From Mycobacteriales bacterium (lineage in GTDB: Bacteria; Actinomycetota; Actinomycetes; Mycobacteriales; CADCTP01), in contig JBJMII010000137.1 in NCBI GenBank assembly GCA_045806925.1, positions 1 through 56,983 of the forward strand: DNA of 56,983 bases, in the 5' to 3' direction. How positions within the stretch are numbered: position 1 is the first letter of the stretch; the number at the start of each line of letters is the position of its first letter. Of the stretch, positions 1 to 10,040 are shown one piece after another. Both the position numbers and the translations under genes were made by a program. The notes below the pieces were generated by a model. The model was given only the letters and a program-made list of their open reading frames with translations, did no database searches and was not told the origin of the DNA.

Positions 1-150
1 CAGTTCCACCTCGACGTCCTGGTGGACGACGTGGAGACCGCGGAGAAGGCGGTGCTCGCCGCCGGGGCGACCCGGTTGCTCGGGGAGGGGGCTGAGTTCC
101 GGGTGTACGCGGACCCGGCGGGCCACCCGTTCTGCCTGGTCTGGGGGTGA
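1..150 (+). CDS. VOC/glyoxalase-like family protein, 3' part (truncated by window edge)
   Basis: Frame 1 reads QFHLDVLVDDVETAEKAVLAAGATRL...FRVYADPAGHPFCLVWG*; HLD and DPAGHPFCL are typical actinobacterial VOC motifs. Confidence 0.85.
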   Translation, partial: QFHLDVLVDDVETAEKAVLAAGATRLLGEGAEFRVYADPAGHPFCLVWG

Positions 151-186
151 CCGGTCCCGGGTGACCGGTCCCGGGGTGACCGGTCA
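145..186. repeat. Tandem repeat, ~3 copies of GGGTGACCGGTCCC, spanning two convergent stop codons
   Basis: Units at 145, 159 and 174; includes TGA 148-150 and TCA 184-186. Confidence 0.85.
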
Positions 187-1128
187 GTCGCCGGTCCAGT
201 AGCGGTCGCCGGCCAGCACCAGCGCGGCCGCGCCGAGCAGGCCGGTCTCCGCGCCGAGCGCGGCCGGCAGGACGCGCGCGGCGCGGACGTGCGGCAGCCC
301 GGCGTGCCGGGCGTAGGCGGCGCGCAGCGGCTCGAAGAGCAGGTCGCCCGAGGCGGCGAAGCCGCCGCCGACCACCACGACGGTCACGTCGAGCAGCGCC
401 ACGGCGGAGACGATGCCGCGGCCGAGCATCGTCCCGGCCCGCTCGTACGCGGCCAGCGCGATCGGGTCTCCGGCCCGAGCGGACGCCGCCAGCGCGCGCC
501 CGTCGGCCGGCGCCGGACGGCCCGGCATCCAGCCGGCGGCGAGCGCCCAGGCGACCACCGCCGGCCCGCGGGCGACCGCCTCCAGGCACCCGCGCCCACC
601 GCAGCCGCACACCGGCCCGTCCGGCTCGACCACGACGTGCCCCACGTGCCCGGCGTTGCCGGACCTGCCGTCGACCACCCGGCCGGCGAGCACCACCCCG
701 CCGCCGACCCCGGTGGAGACGACCATGCCGAGCATGTCCGGGTGACCCCGGCCGGCACCCCGCCAGTGCTCGGCGACCGCCGCGCAGACCGCGTCGTTGT
801 GCAGCCGCACCGGGACGCCGAGCTCGGCCGCGAGCCGGGCCCGCAGCGGGAAGTCCCGCCAGCCCGGGATGTTCACCGGGGAGACCTCGCCGGCCGGCCA
901 GCGCATCGGCCCGCCGCAGCCGACGCCGGCCGCGACCACCGGCAGCCCGACGGTCCGCAGCACCTGCCGCAGCAACTGGGCCAGCGCCGCCCAAAGCGTC
1001 TCCGCGTCCGCCTGCGGCGGGGTAGGCATCATCGCAGCGCCGACCAGCAGCCCGGACGGCAGCACCACCGCAGCCGCCAGCTTGGTGCCGCCGACGTCCA
1101 CGGCCAGCACCGGACCGGATTCCGCCAC
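184..1128 (-). CDS. ROK family sugar kinase (glucokinase-like)
   Basis: DVGGTK phosphate motif, HNDA, STGVGGG, CGCGGRGCLE zinc motif; TAAGTT -10 six nt before GTG. Confidence 0.92.
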   Translation of the reverse strand: MAESGPVLAVDVGGTKLAAAVVLPSGLLVGAAMMPTPPQADAETLWAALAQLLRQVLRTVGLPVVAAGVGCGGPMRWPAGEVSPVNIPGWRDFPLRARLAAELGVPVRLHNDAVCAAVAEHWRGAGRGHPDMLGMVVSTGVGGGVVLAGRVVDGRSGNAGHVGHVVVEPDGPVCGCGGRGCLEAVARGPAVVAWALAAGWMPGRPAPADGRALAASARAGDPIALAAYERAGTMLGRGIVSAVALLDVTVVVVGGGFAASGDLLFEPLRAAYARHAGLPHVRAARVLPAALGAETGLLGAAALVLAGDRYWTGD

Positions 1129-1195
1129 CAGCGGAACTTACGGCCTCGGCGCTCGGGCCTGTGCGGGCGACCCGGCCCCGACGTACGGTCGTCGG

Positions 1196-2629
1196 GTGAC
1201 GAGTGCCCCGCAGATCAGCACGCTCGGCGCGTTGCGCGCCTCCGGCCACGTGCACCGCAGCGTCAAGGCGGAGGTCCGCGACAACCTGCTGGCCAGGCTC
1301 GCTTCCGGTGAGCCGACGCTGCCCGGCATCGTCGGCTTCGACGACACTGTGGTGCCCGAGGTGGAGCGGGCACTGCTGGCGGGGCACGACATGGTGCTGC
1401 TCGGCGAGCGCGGCCAGGGCAAGACCCGGCTGATCCGCACGCTGGTCGGGCTGCTGGACGAGTGGACCCCGGTGCTGGCCGGCAGCGAGCTGAACGAGCA
1501 CCCGTACGCGCCGGTCTCGGTCTGGGGCCGCCGGACGGTGGCCGAGCACGGTGACGCGACGCCGGTGGGGTGGCTGCACCGCACCCAGCGGTACGGCGAG
1601 AAGCTGGCCACCCCGGACACCAGCGTCGGCGACCTGATCGGTGACGTCGACCCGATCAAGGTGGCCGAGGGCCGTACCCTGGGCGACCCGGAGACCGTCC
1701 ACTACGGACTCGTGCTGCGCACCAACCGGGGCATCTTCAGCGTCAACGAGCTGCCCGACCTGGCCGAGCGGATCCAGGTCGCGCTGCTCAACGTGCTGGA
1801 GGAGCGGGACGTGCAGGTCCGCGGCTACCAGCTGCGGCTGCCGCTGGACCTGCTGCTGGTCGCCAGCGCCAACCCGGAGGACTACACCAGCCGGGGCCGG
1901 ATCATCACCCCGCTGAAGGACCGCTTCGGCGCCGAGGTGCGCACGCACTACCCGCTGGACCTGGCCGACGAGATCGAGCTGGTCCGGCAGGAGGCGGCAC
2001 TGGTCTGGGCGGTGGACGGCCCACACCCGGCGCCGGTGGTGCCGGACCACGTGCTCGAGGTGGTCGCCCGCTTCTCCCGCGCGGTCCGGGAGGCGCCGCA
2101 GGTCGACCAGCGTTCCGGCGTGTCGGCCCGGTTCGCGATCGCCGGCATCGAGACGGTCGCCGCCTCCGCGGTCCGCCGCGCCGCGGTCACCGGTGAGCCG
2201 CTGGCCGTCGCCCGGGTCTGCGACCTGCCGGCGGTGGTGCCGGCCTCCCGCGGCAAGGTCGAGTTCGAGGACGCCGACGAGGGCCGCGAGGTCGAGGTGC
2301 TGGAGCACCTGCTCCGCCGTACGGTGGCGGAGACTTTCCGGGCCCGGCTGGCCGGGCAGGACCTGTCCGCGCTGCAGTCGAAGTTCGACGAGGGGCTGTC
2401 GGTGGAGACCGGCGACCTGGTCCCGGCCGGCGAGCTGCTCCGCCAGGTCGGCACGTTCCCGACGCTGGCGACCCTGCTGTCCCGGCTGGAGCCGTCCAGC
2501 GGTCCGGAGGGCTCGAGCGCGGTCGGGCTGGCGGCGGCCGCGGTCGAGTTCGCGCTGGAGGGGCTGCACCTCATGCGGCGGCTGGCCAAGGACGACGTCG
2601 GCGGCGGCCGCACCGTCTACGGCGGCTGA
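1196..2629 (+). CDS. AAA+ ATPase, magnesium chelatase ChlI-like family
   Basis: Walker A GERGQGKT, NELPDL, ASANPEDY, PLKDRF; start reassigned to GTG 1196 (TACGGT -10 six nt upstream). Confidence 0.88.
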   Translation: MTSAPQISTLGALRASGHVHRSVKAEVRDNLLARLASGEPTLPGIVGFDDTVVPEVERALLAGHDMVLLGERGQGKTRLIRTLVGLLDEWTPVLAGSELNEHPYAPVSVWGRRTVAEHGDATPVGWLHRTQRYGEKLATPDTSVGDLIGDVDPIKVAEGRTLGDPETVHYGLVLRTNRGIFSVNELPDLAERIQVALLNVLEERDVQVRGYQLRLPLDLLLVASANPEDYTSRGRIITPLKDRFGAEVRTHYPLDLADEIELVRQEAALVWAVDGPHPAPVVPDHVLEVVARFSRAVREAPQVDQRSGVSARFAIAGIETVAASAVRRAAVTGEPLAVARVCDLPAVVPASRGKVEFEDADEGREVEVLEHLLRRTVAETFRARLAGQDLSALQSKFDEGLSVETGDLVPAGELLRQVGTFPTLATLLSRLEPSSGPEGSSAVGLAAAAVEFALEGLHLMRRLAKDDVGGGRTVYGG

Positions 2630-2632
2630 GCC

Positions 2633-4597
2633 GTGTACCGCCCGGGCTACCGGTACGGGGCGTGGCGCGGCGGCCGCGACCCGCTGGAGCCGCCGTTCGA
2701 CGTGCGCCGCGCGCTGGACGAGATCGGCGACGACGTGCTGGCGGGTGCCAGCCCGGGCGAGGCGCTGCGCCGGCTGCTGCAACAGGGCACCGGCGATCCG
2801 GACGGCCTGCGCGGGTTGGACGAGCTGCGCCGCAAGGTCCGCCAGCGGGCCCGGGCGGCGCGCCGCCGCGGCCGGCTGGACGGCACCCTGGAGCAGGTCC
2901 GGGAGCTGCTGGACCGGGCGCTCGCGGCGGAGCGGCGCGCGCTGTTCCCGGACCCGGACGACTCGGCCCGGTTCGCGGAGGCGCAGCTGGACGCGCTGCC
3001 GGACGACCCGGCCCGGGCCGTACGGGAGCTGTCGGAGTACCAGTGGCGCTCGGACCAGGCGCGGCAGGCGTACGAGGAGATCAAGGACCTGCTGCGCCGG
3101 GAGGTGCTGGACAGCCAGTTCCGCGGGATGCGCGACGCGCTGCGCGGCGCCACCCCGGAGGACGTCGCCCGGGTGCGGGAGATGGTCGCCGCGCTCAACG
3201 ACATGCTCGAGGCGGACGCCCGCGGCGAGCACACCCAGGAGCAGTTCGACCGGTTCATGCAGCGGTACGGCGACTTCTTCCCGGAGCGCCCGGAGAACCT
3301 GGCCGAGCTCGTCGACGCGCTGGCCCGCCGGGCCGCCGCCCAGCAGCGGCTGCTGGACAGCCTGTCCGACGAGCAGCGGCAGGAGCTGGCCGACCTGATG
3401 GCCGGCGCGCTCGGCGACGCCGGGCTGGCCGGCGAGCTGGACCGGCTGCAGCGGCAGCTGCGCGCGGCCCGGCCGGACCTGCGCTGGGGCGGCCGGGAGC
3501 GGATGGACGGCGACCGGCCGCTCGGCCTCGGCGACGCGACCGGCGCGCTGCAGGAGATCGCGGACCTCGACGAGCTGGACGCGATGCTCGACCAGGACTA
3601 CCCGGGCGCGTCGCTGGACGACGTCGACCCGGAGCTGGTGGAGCGGGCGCTCGGCCGGCAGGCGGTCGACGACCTGGAGGCGCTGCGCCGGGTGGAGCGG
3701 GAGCTGCAGCGGCAGGGCTACCTCAACCGGTCCGGCGGCGCGCTGGAGCTGACCCCGAGGGCCGTACGGCGGCTGGGCGCGACCGCGCTGCGCCGCGTCT
3801 TCTCGGTGCTGGAGTCGCGCGGCCGGGGCACCCACGACGTGCGGGACGCCGGCGCCGCCGGAGAGCCGACCGGGTCGTCGCGGGGCTGGGAGTACGGCGA
3901 CGAGCAGCCGCTGGAGGTCGTCCGTACGGTCCGCAACGCCGTCCTGCGGTCCGGGCCGGGGCCGGTGAAACTGGAGGTCGAGGACTTCGAGGTGGTGGAG
4001 ACCGAGCGGCGCACCTCGGCGACGGTGGCGCTGCTGGTCGACCTGTCGTACTCGATGGCCCTGCGCGGCACCTGGGGGGCGGCGAAGTCGACCGCGCTGG
4101 CGCTGCACGCGCTGGTGACCACGAGCTTCCCGCAGGACCGGATCGAGATCATCGGCTTCTCGAACTACGCCCGCCCGATCAGCTCGACCGGGCTGGCCGG
4201 GCTGTCCTGGGACATGGTGCAGGGGACCAACCTGCAGCACGCGCTGATGCTGGCCCGCCGGCACCTGGACCGCTACCGGGTCGGCGAGCCGGTCATCCTG
4301 GTGGTCACCGACGGCGAGCCGACCGCGCACCTTGGCCGGGACGGGCGGGCCGAGTTCGCCTGGCCACCGCTGCCGGAGACGCTCGCGCTGACCATGGCCG
4401 AGGTGGAGCGGTGCACGCGGCGCGGCGCGACCATCAACGTCTTCATGCTCGACGAGGAGCCGGCGCTGGTCCGCTTCGTCCAGGAGCTGGCGAAGCGCAA
4501 CGGCGGCCGGGTTTTCTCGCCCCGTCCGGAGCGGCTCGGCGAGTACGTCGTCAGCGACTACCTCCGGGCCCGCCGGGGCCGCCGCCGGTCCGCCTGA
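2633..4597 (+). CDS. vWA domain protein, partner of the upstream AAA+ ATPase
   Basis: C-terminal MIDAS DLSYS...GTNL...VTDGEP; 3 nt after the ATPase stop. Confidence 0.88.
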   Translation: MYRPGYRYGAWRGGRDPLEPPFDVRRALDEIGDDVLAGASPGEALRRLLQQGTGDPDGLRGLDELRRKVRQRARAARRRGRLDGTLEQVRELLDRALAAERRALFPDPDDSARFAEAQLDALPDDPARAVRELSEYQWRSDQARQAYEEIKDLLRREVLDSQFRGMRDALRGATPEDVARVREMVAALNDMLEADARGEHTQEQFDRFMQRYGDFFPERPENLAELVDALARRAAAQQRLLDSLSDEQRQELADLMAGALGDAGLAGELDRLQRQLRAARPDLRWGGRERMDGDRPLGLGDATGALQEIADLDELDAMLDQDYPGASLDDVDPELVERALGRQAVDDLEALRRVERELQRQGYLNRSGGALELTPRAVRRLGATALRRVFSVLESRGRGTHDVRDAGAAGEPTGSSRGWEYGDEQPLEVVRTVRNAVLRSGPGPVKLEVEDFEVVETERRTSATVALLVDLSYSMALRGTWGAAKSTALALHALVTTSFPQDRIEIIGFSNYARPISSTGLAGLSWDMVQGTNLQHALMLARRHLDRYRVGEPVILVVTDGEPTAHLGRDGRAEFAWPPLPETLALTMAEVERCTRRGATINVFMLDEEPALVRFVQELAKRNGGRVFSPRPERLGEYVVSDYLRARRGRRRSA

Positions 4598-4612
4598 CTA
4601 GGCTCCCGGCCC

Positions 4613-5044
4613 GTGCGGACCGTGCTGCTGACCTTGCATGTGGTGCTGGCGATCTTCCTCATCGGCCCGCTGGTCTCGGCCGCCAACCAGGGCCCGCGCG
4701 CGCTGACCGCCGGCGACGCCGGCGGGCTGAGGCTGCTGGCCCGGGTGGTCACCGTCAACGGCTGGGCCTCCATCGCGGTCGGGGTGGTCGGCTTCGGCCT
4801 GGTCCAGCGGCAGTACGGCGACGAGCTCACCGACCCCTGGCTGCTCGTCTCGATCCTGCTCTTCGTGCTCGCCACCCTGCTGGTCGTGCTGCTGCTCGCG
4901 CCGCTGCTGCGGGCGGCCACCGCGCAGGCGGCCGGCGGCGGGTCCACCGGCCACCTGGCCGGCCGGGTCGGCGCGGTCGCCGGCGTCAGCAGCCTCTGCT
5001 ACCTGGTGATCGCGGTCCTGATGGTCTGGCAGCCCGGCGGCTAG
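4613..5044 (+). CDS. Integral membrane protein (DUF2269-like, 4 TM)
   Basis: LHVVLAIFLIGP N-terminus, four hydrophobic segments, LMVWQPG C-terminus. Confidence 0.7.
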   Translation: MRTVLLTLHVVLAIFLIGPLVSAANQGPRALTAGDAGGLRLLARVVTVNGWASIAVGVVGFGLVQRQYGDELTDPWLLVSILLFVLATLLVVLLLAPLLRAATAQAAGGGSTGHLAGRVGAVAGVSSLCYLVIAVLMVWQPGG

Positions 5045-6258
5045 CGCACCTCCCGGCCGGGCACGGCCGGCTGGTCCAACGCCTCCGGCTCCGTCCCGGT
5101 CTCCGGCTCCGTCCCGGTCTCCGGCTCCGCCGCAGTGTCCGGCTCCGTCCCGGTGTGCGGCTCCGCCCGGGCGGATCGGGCCGACCGCCGCCACCACACG
5201 TACGCGACGACCCCGACGAGGATCGGGAGGGCCCAGGTGAGCGCCCGGTAGATCAGCACCGCGGCGGTCACCTCGGCGGAGTCGCCGCCGGCCGCGACCA
5301 GGCCACCGATCAGCACGGCCTCGACCACGCCGGCCCCGCCGGGGGTGAAGGGGATCGCGGTGGCCAGCCGGGCGAACGCGAAGACGGCCAGGACCTCGGC
5401 CCAGGACACGTCGGTGTTGCTGACCCCGACATGGCGCAGGGCGACCAGCAGGACCAGGAACAGCGAGAGGTGGCTGACCAGGGAGGTGATCGTGATCCAC
5501 AGCCAGCGCCGGCTGATCAGCTCGACGGTGCGGGAGCGGAACTTGACCGTCGCCAGCTCCCAGCCGCGCGCCGGTGGCCGGCCGAACGGCCGCAGGATCC
5601 AGGACGCGACGCGGGCGGCCCGCAGGCCGATCGTCCGCGCCATCGCCTCGCTGCGCAGGATCAGCCCGAAGATGACGACAGCCGCCACCAGGCCGGCCAG
5701 TCCGATGAGCGCCGCGGTGACGCGGCCGCCGCCGGCGCTGCCCTGCAGGGCGACGAGAGCCAGTGCCAGCACCGGCAGGCCGAGCTTGATGAAGCTGTTC
5801 CAGACGCCGGAGACCAGCACCGCGGTGGTGGTCCTCGAGCGCGAGTAGCCCCAGCCGCCGAACATCGAGTACGTCATGCCGATGCCGATGGCGGCGCCCC
5901 CGTACACCGTGTTCGCCACCGCGGTGGTCGACTGGGTCATTATCATCGACCGGCCGAACGACAGCGGGGGCGTCGTGACCGACATCCAGACGTACGCATA
6001 GGTCGTCAGGTTCCAGGCGGCGAGGGCGAGCAGGGTGCTGAGCTCGAGCCAGGTCAGGCTGCGGATCTCGGCCCACACCTCGGCGAAGTCGATCTTCCTG
6101 AACAGGAAGTAGAAGATCGCGATCACCAGGACGGCCGACAGCACGCCCTTGACCGTCTGCCGGGTGCGCGAGGACCGCTTGCGCTCGGCGGCCGGCGGCT
6201 GCTCGCTGGAGGTCGCGTCGCTGGAGGTCGCGTCCTTTGGGCCACTGGTCGACGTCAT
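5041..6258 (-). CDS. Lysylphosphatidylglycerol synthase TM-domain (YbhN/UPF0104-like) membrane protein
   Basis: Multi-TM; PFTPGGAGVVE and LIYR motifs; start placed at ATG 6258. Confidence 0.82.
   Translation of the reverse strand: MTSTSGPKDATSSDATSSEQPPAAERKRSSRTRQTVKGVLSAVLVIAIFYFLFRKIDFAEVWAEIRSLTWLELSTLLALAAWNLTTYAYVWMSVTTPPLSFGRSMIMTQSTTAVANTVYGGAAIGIGMTYSMFGGWGYSRSRTTTAVLVSGVWNSFIKLGLPVLALALVALQGSAGGGRVTAALIGLAGLVAAVVIFGLILRSEAMARTIGLRAARVASWILRPFGRPPARGWELATVKFRSRTVELISRRWLWITITSLVSHLSLFLVLLVALRHVGVSNTDVSWAEVLAVFAFARLATAIPFTPGGAGVVEAVLIGGLVAAGGDSAEVTAAVLIYRALTWALPILVGVVAYVWWRRSARSARAEPHTGTEPDTAAEPETGTEPETGTEPEALDQPAVPGREVR
5083..5166. repeat. 18-bp tandem repeat (~4.5 copies) encoding a TEPETG-like tail
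   Basis: CTCCGGCTCCGTCCCGGT-like units at 5083, 5101, 5119, 5137. Confidence 0.8.
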
Positions 6259-6453
6259 GGCGTCCACCCGCAATCGGTACCGAGCCGGACAGTTGTACGC
6301 CGGGGCGACGGAGGCACGGGTGCGAGCGTCCTGGGACTCCCCCGTGCACGGACTGTACGCCTGATCGGTCACGTCAGGTGGCCTCATCGCACAGTCGGGC
6401 CAGCGGGGCGGCTGGCACGTGCCGCCGGACCGGCCGCCTGGCAGGATGGTGGG

Positions 6454-6786
6454 GTGTCCCCGTCGACGCGCACCCGGCGCACCCGGCGCACCCGGCGCAC
6501 CCGGCGCACCCGGCGCCCCCGGCTGCTGCCGGCCGCGCTGCTCGCGTCGGCGCTGGTGGTGACCACCGCGGGCGGGGTGCTGGTCGCGACCGCCCGGTCG
6601 CAGGCGCCCGCGGCGGACGCCTGCTCGCCCGGCACCGAGTTCGTCACGGTCCAGCCGGTCTTCGACGACCAGGCGTGGCGGCCGGCGCGGCAGGCGCGGC
6701 CCGCGGCGCCGGCACTCGCCGGCTGCCTGGACACGTCCCGGATCGGCAGGGCGGGCGACCCGACCGCCACCAACCCGCGCGGCTGA
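6454..6786 (+). CDS. Small hypothetical secreted or membrane-anchored protein (110 aa)
   Basis: Arg-rich N-terminus, hydrophobic stretch LLPAALLASALVVTTAGGVLVA, two Cys; fills the gap between genes. Confidence 0.55.
   Translation: MSPSTRTRRTRRTRRTRRTRRPRLLPAALLASALVVTTAGGVLVATARSQAPAADACSPGTEFVTVQPVFDDQAWRPARQARPAAPALAGCLDTSRIGRAGDPTATNPRG
6469..6522. repeat. 9-bp tandem repeat CGCACCCGG x5-6 (RTR repeats)
   Basis: Read directly. Confidence 0.85.
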
Positions 6787-6793
6787 CCGGGCC

Positions 6794-7942
6794 CTAACCG
6801 AGCGCCTGCGCCAGGTCCGCCAGCAGGTCGTCGATCGACTCGATCCCGACCGACAGCCGGACCAGCGTCGACGGCACCTCCAGCGGGGAGCCGGTCACCG
6901 AGGCGTGCGTCATCGTCCTCGGGTGCTCGATCAGCGACTCCACCCCGCCGAGCGACTCGGCGAGCAGGAAGACCTCGGTCCGCTCGCACACCCGCAGCGC
7001 CGCCGCCTCGCCGCCGTGCAGGGTGAAGGACACCATCCCGCCGAAGCCGCGCATCTGCTTGGCCGCGATCTCGTGCCCGGGGTGGTCCGGCAGGCCGGGG
7101 TAGTAGACCCGGTCGACCGCGCGGTGCGCGAGCAGCATCTCAGCCACCCGCTCCGCGTTCGCGCAGTGCCGGTCCATCCGGACGCCGAGGGTCCTCACCC
7201 CGCGCAGCACCAGCCAGGAGTCGAACGGGCCGGGCACCGCGCCCATCGCGTTCTGGTGGAAGGCGAGCCGCTCGGCCAGCTCGGCGTCGTCCACCACCAG
7301 GGCGCCGCCGATCACGTCGGAGTGCCCGCCGAGGTACTTCGTGGTGGAGTGGACCACCGCGTCCGCGCCGAGAGCGAGCGGCTGCTGCAGGTACGGCGAG
7401 GCGAAGGTGTTGTCCACCACGAGCAGCGCGCCGGCGTCGTGCGCGAGCCCGGCCAGTGCGGCGATGTCGGCGATGCCGAGCAGCGGGTTGGTCGGGGTCT
7501 CGCACCACAGCACCTTGGTGGCCGGGCGCAGCGCCGCGCGGACCGCGCCGAGGTCGGCCAGGTGCACGGGGGTGGCCTCGACGCCCCACCGGCTCAGCAC
7601 CTTGGCGAAGAGCCGGTAGCTCCCGCCGTACGCGTCGTCCGGGACGACCAGGTGGTCGCCGGGCACCAGGACCGTGCGGAGCAGGCAGTCCTCGGCGGCC
7701 AGCCCGGAGGCGAAGGCCAGCCCGTGGGCTGCGCCCTCCAGCGCGGCCAGGCACTCCTGCAGCGCGTCCCGGGTCGGGTTCGCGGACCGGCTGTACTCGT
7801 AGCCGCCGCGCAGGCCGCCGACGCCGTCCTGCTTGTACGTGGAGGTCTGGTGGATCGGGACCACGACCGACCCGGTGCCCGCGTCGGGCTCCTGCCCGGC
7901 GTGGATGGCAAGGGTCTCGAAGCCGTGCCGCGTCGCACTCAC
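6794..7942 (-). CDS. metB: Cystathionine gamma-synthase/lyase
   Basis: YEYSRSANPT, ETPTNP, DNTFA, HSTTKYLGGHSD PLP-lysine motif, LAESLGGVESL; GTG overlaps the upstream TGA. Confidence 0.92.
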   Translation of the reverse strand: MSATRHGFETLAIHAGQEPDAGTGSVVVPIHQTSTYKQDGVGGLRGGYEYSRSANPTRDALQECLAALEGAAHGLAFASGLAAEDCLLRTVLVPGDHLVVPDDAYGGSYRLFAKVLSRWGVEATPVHLADLGAVRAALRPATKVLWCETPTNPLLGIADIAALAGLAHDAGALLVVDNTFASPYLQQPLALGADAVVHSTTKYLGGHSDVIGGALVVDDAELAERLAFHQNAMGAVPGPFDSWLVLRGVRTLGVRMDRHCANAERVAEMLLAHRAVDRVYYPGLPDHPGHEIAAKQMRGFGGMVSFTLHGGEAAALRVCERTEVFLLAESLGGVESLIEHPRTMTHASVTGSPLEVPSTLVRLSVGIESIDDLLADLAQALG

Positions 7943-9846
7943 CCCCGGGAGGCTACCGGGCCACCGTCCGGGTAGAGGGACTGGATCACGTCCGCGTACG
8001 CGGACAGCACCCCGCGGCGCTTGAGCTTCATCGTCGCGGTCAGCTGCGGCGAGTCCGGCACCCACTCGTCGGCCAGCACCGCGAACCGCTTGATGCCCTC
8101 CACCTGCGAGAAGTGCCGGTTGACCTCCGCCACACCGCGGTCCAGCTCGGCCCGTACGGTCGGGTCGGCGGCCAGCGCGGGCAGGTCGGTCGCGGCCAGC
8201 CCCTCGGCGCGCGCCCACACCGGCGCCACCTCCGGGTCGAGCACCAGCAGCGCCACCAGGTACGGCCGGCCGTCGCCGACCACGCAGGCCTGCCCGACCA
8301 GCGGCAGTGACTTGAGCCTGGCCTCGATGTTCGCCGGCGACACGTTCTTGCCGCCGGCCGTGATGATCAGCTCCTTCTTCCGGTCCACGATGGACAGGTA
8401 GCCGTCGGCGTCGAACCTCCCGATGTCGCCGGTGTGCAGCCAGCCGTCGGCGTCGAAGGCCTCGGCGGTCCGCTCCGGGTCGTCCAGGTAGCCGCGGGAC
8501 ACGATGCCGCCGCGGCAGACCACCTCGCCGTCGTCGAGCAGCCGGACCTCGGTCCCCGGGTACGGCCGGCCGACCGTCCCCGGCTTCACCCGGTACGGGT
8601 CCCAGGTCATGCCTCCGCTGTTCTCGCTCATCCCGTAGATCTCGGAGAACGGGAGGCCGATGGACCGGAAGAACAGCAGCACGTCGACCGGCAGCGGCGC
8701 GGCGCCGGCGAAGCAGTACCGCACCCGGTCCAGCCCGATCCGCTGCCGCAGCGGCGCGAACGCGGCCGCGTCGACCTGCTCCCACGCGGCCGCCAGCTCG
8801 GCTGGCAGCGGCTGGTCGGCCGCGCGCAGCTCGGCGACCTGCCGGCCGATCTGCTGCGCCCGGGCGAAGCCGGCCACCCGGTCCGGCCCGCCGGCAGCGA
8901 CCGCGGCCTCGATCCCGGCTCGCAGCTTCTCGAACACCCGCGGCGGGCCGAAGAGGCTGGTCGGCCGGACCGCCGCCAGGTACGCCCCCAGCTGGCTCTG
9001 GTCGGGGCAGCAGGTCACCTCGGAGCGCAGCCAGAGCCAGTCGTAGTGGGTCACGATCCGCTCGGCGATGTGCGCCATCGGCAGGTACGAGACGGCCCGT
9101 GCGCCCGGCTGCGGCTCCAGCAGGTCGTGGTGGCCGAGGACCTGCCAGGCGACGTTCACGTGGTCGAGCATCACGCCCTTCGGCGGGCCGGTGGTGCCGG
9201 AGGTGTAGATGACCGTGGCCAGGTCCTCTGGCCGGACCGCGGCGGCGGCCGCCTCCAGGTCGACCGGGTCGTCGCCGAGCAGGTCGGCGAAGCGCACCAC
9301 GTCGGCCGGCGCCAGCCGGTCCGGGTCGTCCACGACCACGACCGCGCGCAGGTCCGGCAGCTCGTCGCGGACCTTGAGCAGCCGCTGCAGGAAGCCGATG
9401 TCCTCGACCACGGCGATCCGGGCCCGGCTGTGCGCGGCGAGGTAGCCGACCTGCTCCGGCGCGGAGGAGTTGTAGATGGACAACGGGGTGCCGCCGGCGA
9501 GCAGCGCGGCGAGGTCGGCGAGGTGGAACTCGGGCCGGTTGCGCAGGAAGAGCAGCACCCGGTCGCCGCGGGCCAGCCCCAGCCGGCCGAACGCCCGGGC
9601 CAGCCGGGCGGACTCGTCGCCGACCTGGGCCCAGGTCCAGTCCTCGACCGCTGAGCCGGCTGAGCCCGCTGAGCCGGCTGAGCCCGCTGAGCCGGCTGAC
9701 CCGGCTGACCCGGCTGACCCGGCTGATCCGTCAGCCCGCAGCCGGCGCAGCGCCAGCGCGTCGGGCGCCTCCGCGACGTTGCGCCCCAGCCACCGGGGCA
9801 CCGTCTGCCCCTCCACCTGCCGGGCCAGGTCGGTCTCGTCCGCCAC
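7939..9846 (-). CDS. Long-chain fatty-acid--CoA ligase (AMP-dependent synthetase)
   Basis: YTSGTTGPPKG, YGMSE, GWLHTGDIG, DRKKELIITAGGKNV; GGAGG RBS before GTG 9846. Confidence 0.92.
   Translation of the reverse strand: MADETDLARQVEGQTVPRWLGRNVAEAPDALALRRLRADGSAGSAGSAGSAGSAGSAGSAGSAGSAVEDWTWAQVGDESARLARAFGRLGLARGDRVLLFLRNRPEFHLADLAALLAGGTPLSIYNSSAPEQVGYLAAHSRARIAVVEDIGFLQRLLKVRDELPDLRAVVVVDDPDRLAPADVVRFADLLGDDPVDLEAAAAAVRPEDLATVIYTSGTTGPPKGVMLDHVNVAWQVLGHHDLLEPQPGARAVSYLPMAHIAERIVTHYDWLWLRSEVTCCPDQSQLGAYLAAVRPTSLFGPPRVFEKLRAGIEAAVAAGGPDRVAGFARAQQIGRQVAELRAADQPLPAELAAAWEQVDAAAFAPLRQRIGLDRVRYCFAGAAPLPVDVLLFFRSIGLPFSEIYGMSENSGGMTWDPYRVKPGTVGRPYPGTEVRLLDDGEVVCRGGIVSRGYLDDPERTAEAFDADGWLHTGDIGRFDADGYLSIVDRKKELIITAGGKNVSPANIEARLKSLPLVGQACVVGDGRPYLVALLVLDPEVAPVWARAEGLAATDLPALAADPTVRAELDRGVAEVNRHFSQVEGIKRFAVLADEWVPDSPQLTATMKLKRRGVLSAYADVIQSLYPDGGPVASRG
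9650..9730. repeat. 9-bp tandem repeat x9, in-frame GSA/SAG insertion in the acyl-CoA ligase
   Basis: GCTGAGCCG/GCTGACCCG units. Confidence 0.9.
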
Positions 9847-10012
9847 GCCGCACCTCCCGGACTCGGAAGCTCCGTCACACCCTATTCGGCCGTGCCAGGG
9901 CGTGTCCCGGGGATCTTGGCGAGAGGACCTGCGCCGAGAGCTTCCGCGCCTCGACCGGGTCCCGGTCTCCCCGGGAGGGCTCGGCATCTCGCCGGGTTGC
10001 GCCGTCCGGAAT

Positions 10013-10034
10013 TGTCGGTGGTGGTCGGTAGCGT
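10013..10034 (+). promoter_or_regulatory. PafBC-type (RecA-NDp) DNA-damage promoter
   Basis: TGTCGG-TGGTGGTCGG(N10)-TAGCGT, exact match to TGTCGG-N10-TA-N3-T; 6 nt before ATG 10041. Confidence 0.8.
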
Positions 10035-10040
10035 GCCGGT

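Noticed and set aside
1196-4597. AAA+ and vWA pair as a novel system
   Set aside because: A widespread, recognised actinobacterial ChlI-like/vWA gene pair; nothing unusual seen here
6259-6453. Riboswitch or ncRNA in the longer intergenic gaps (also 23501-23648, 54340-54474, 56123-56342)
   Set aside because: No conserved riboswitch core recognised by eye; an Infernal/Rfam scan would be needed to exclude one
2662-6786. 1374-aa ORF and other very long alternative-frame ORFs (e.g. 37570-41202, 45250-48093, 31303-33888, 51889-54354)
   Set aside because: Arg/Pro/Gly/Ala-rich shadow frames over well-supported genes, expected at this GC content; only the last 110 codons of this one look coding
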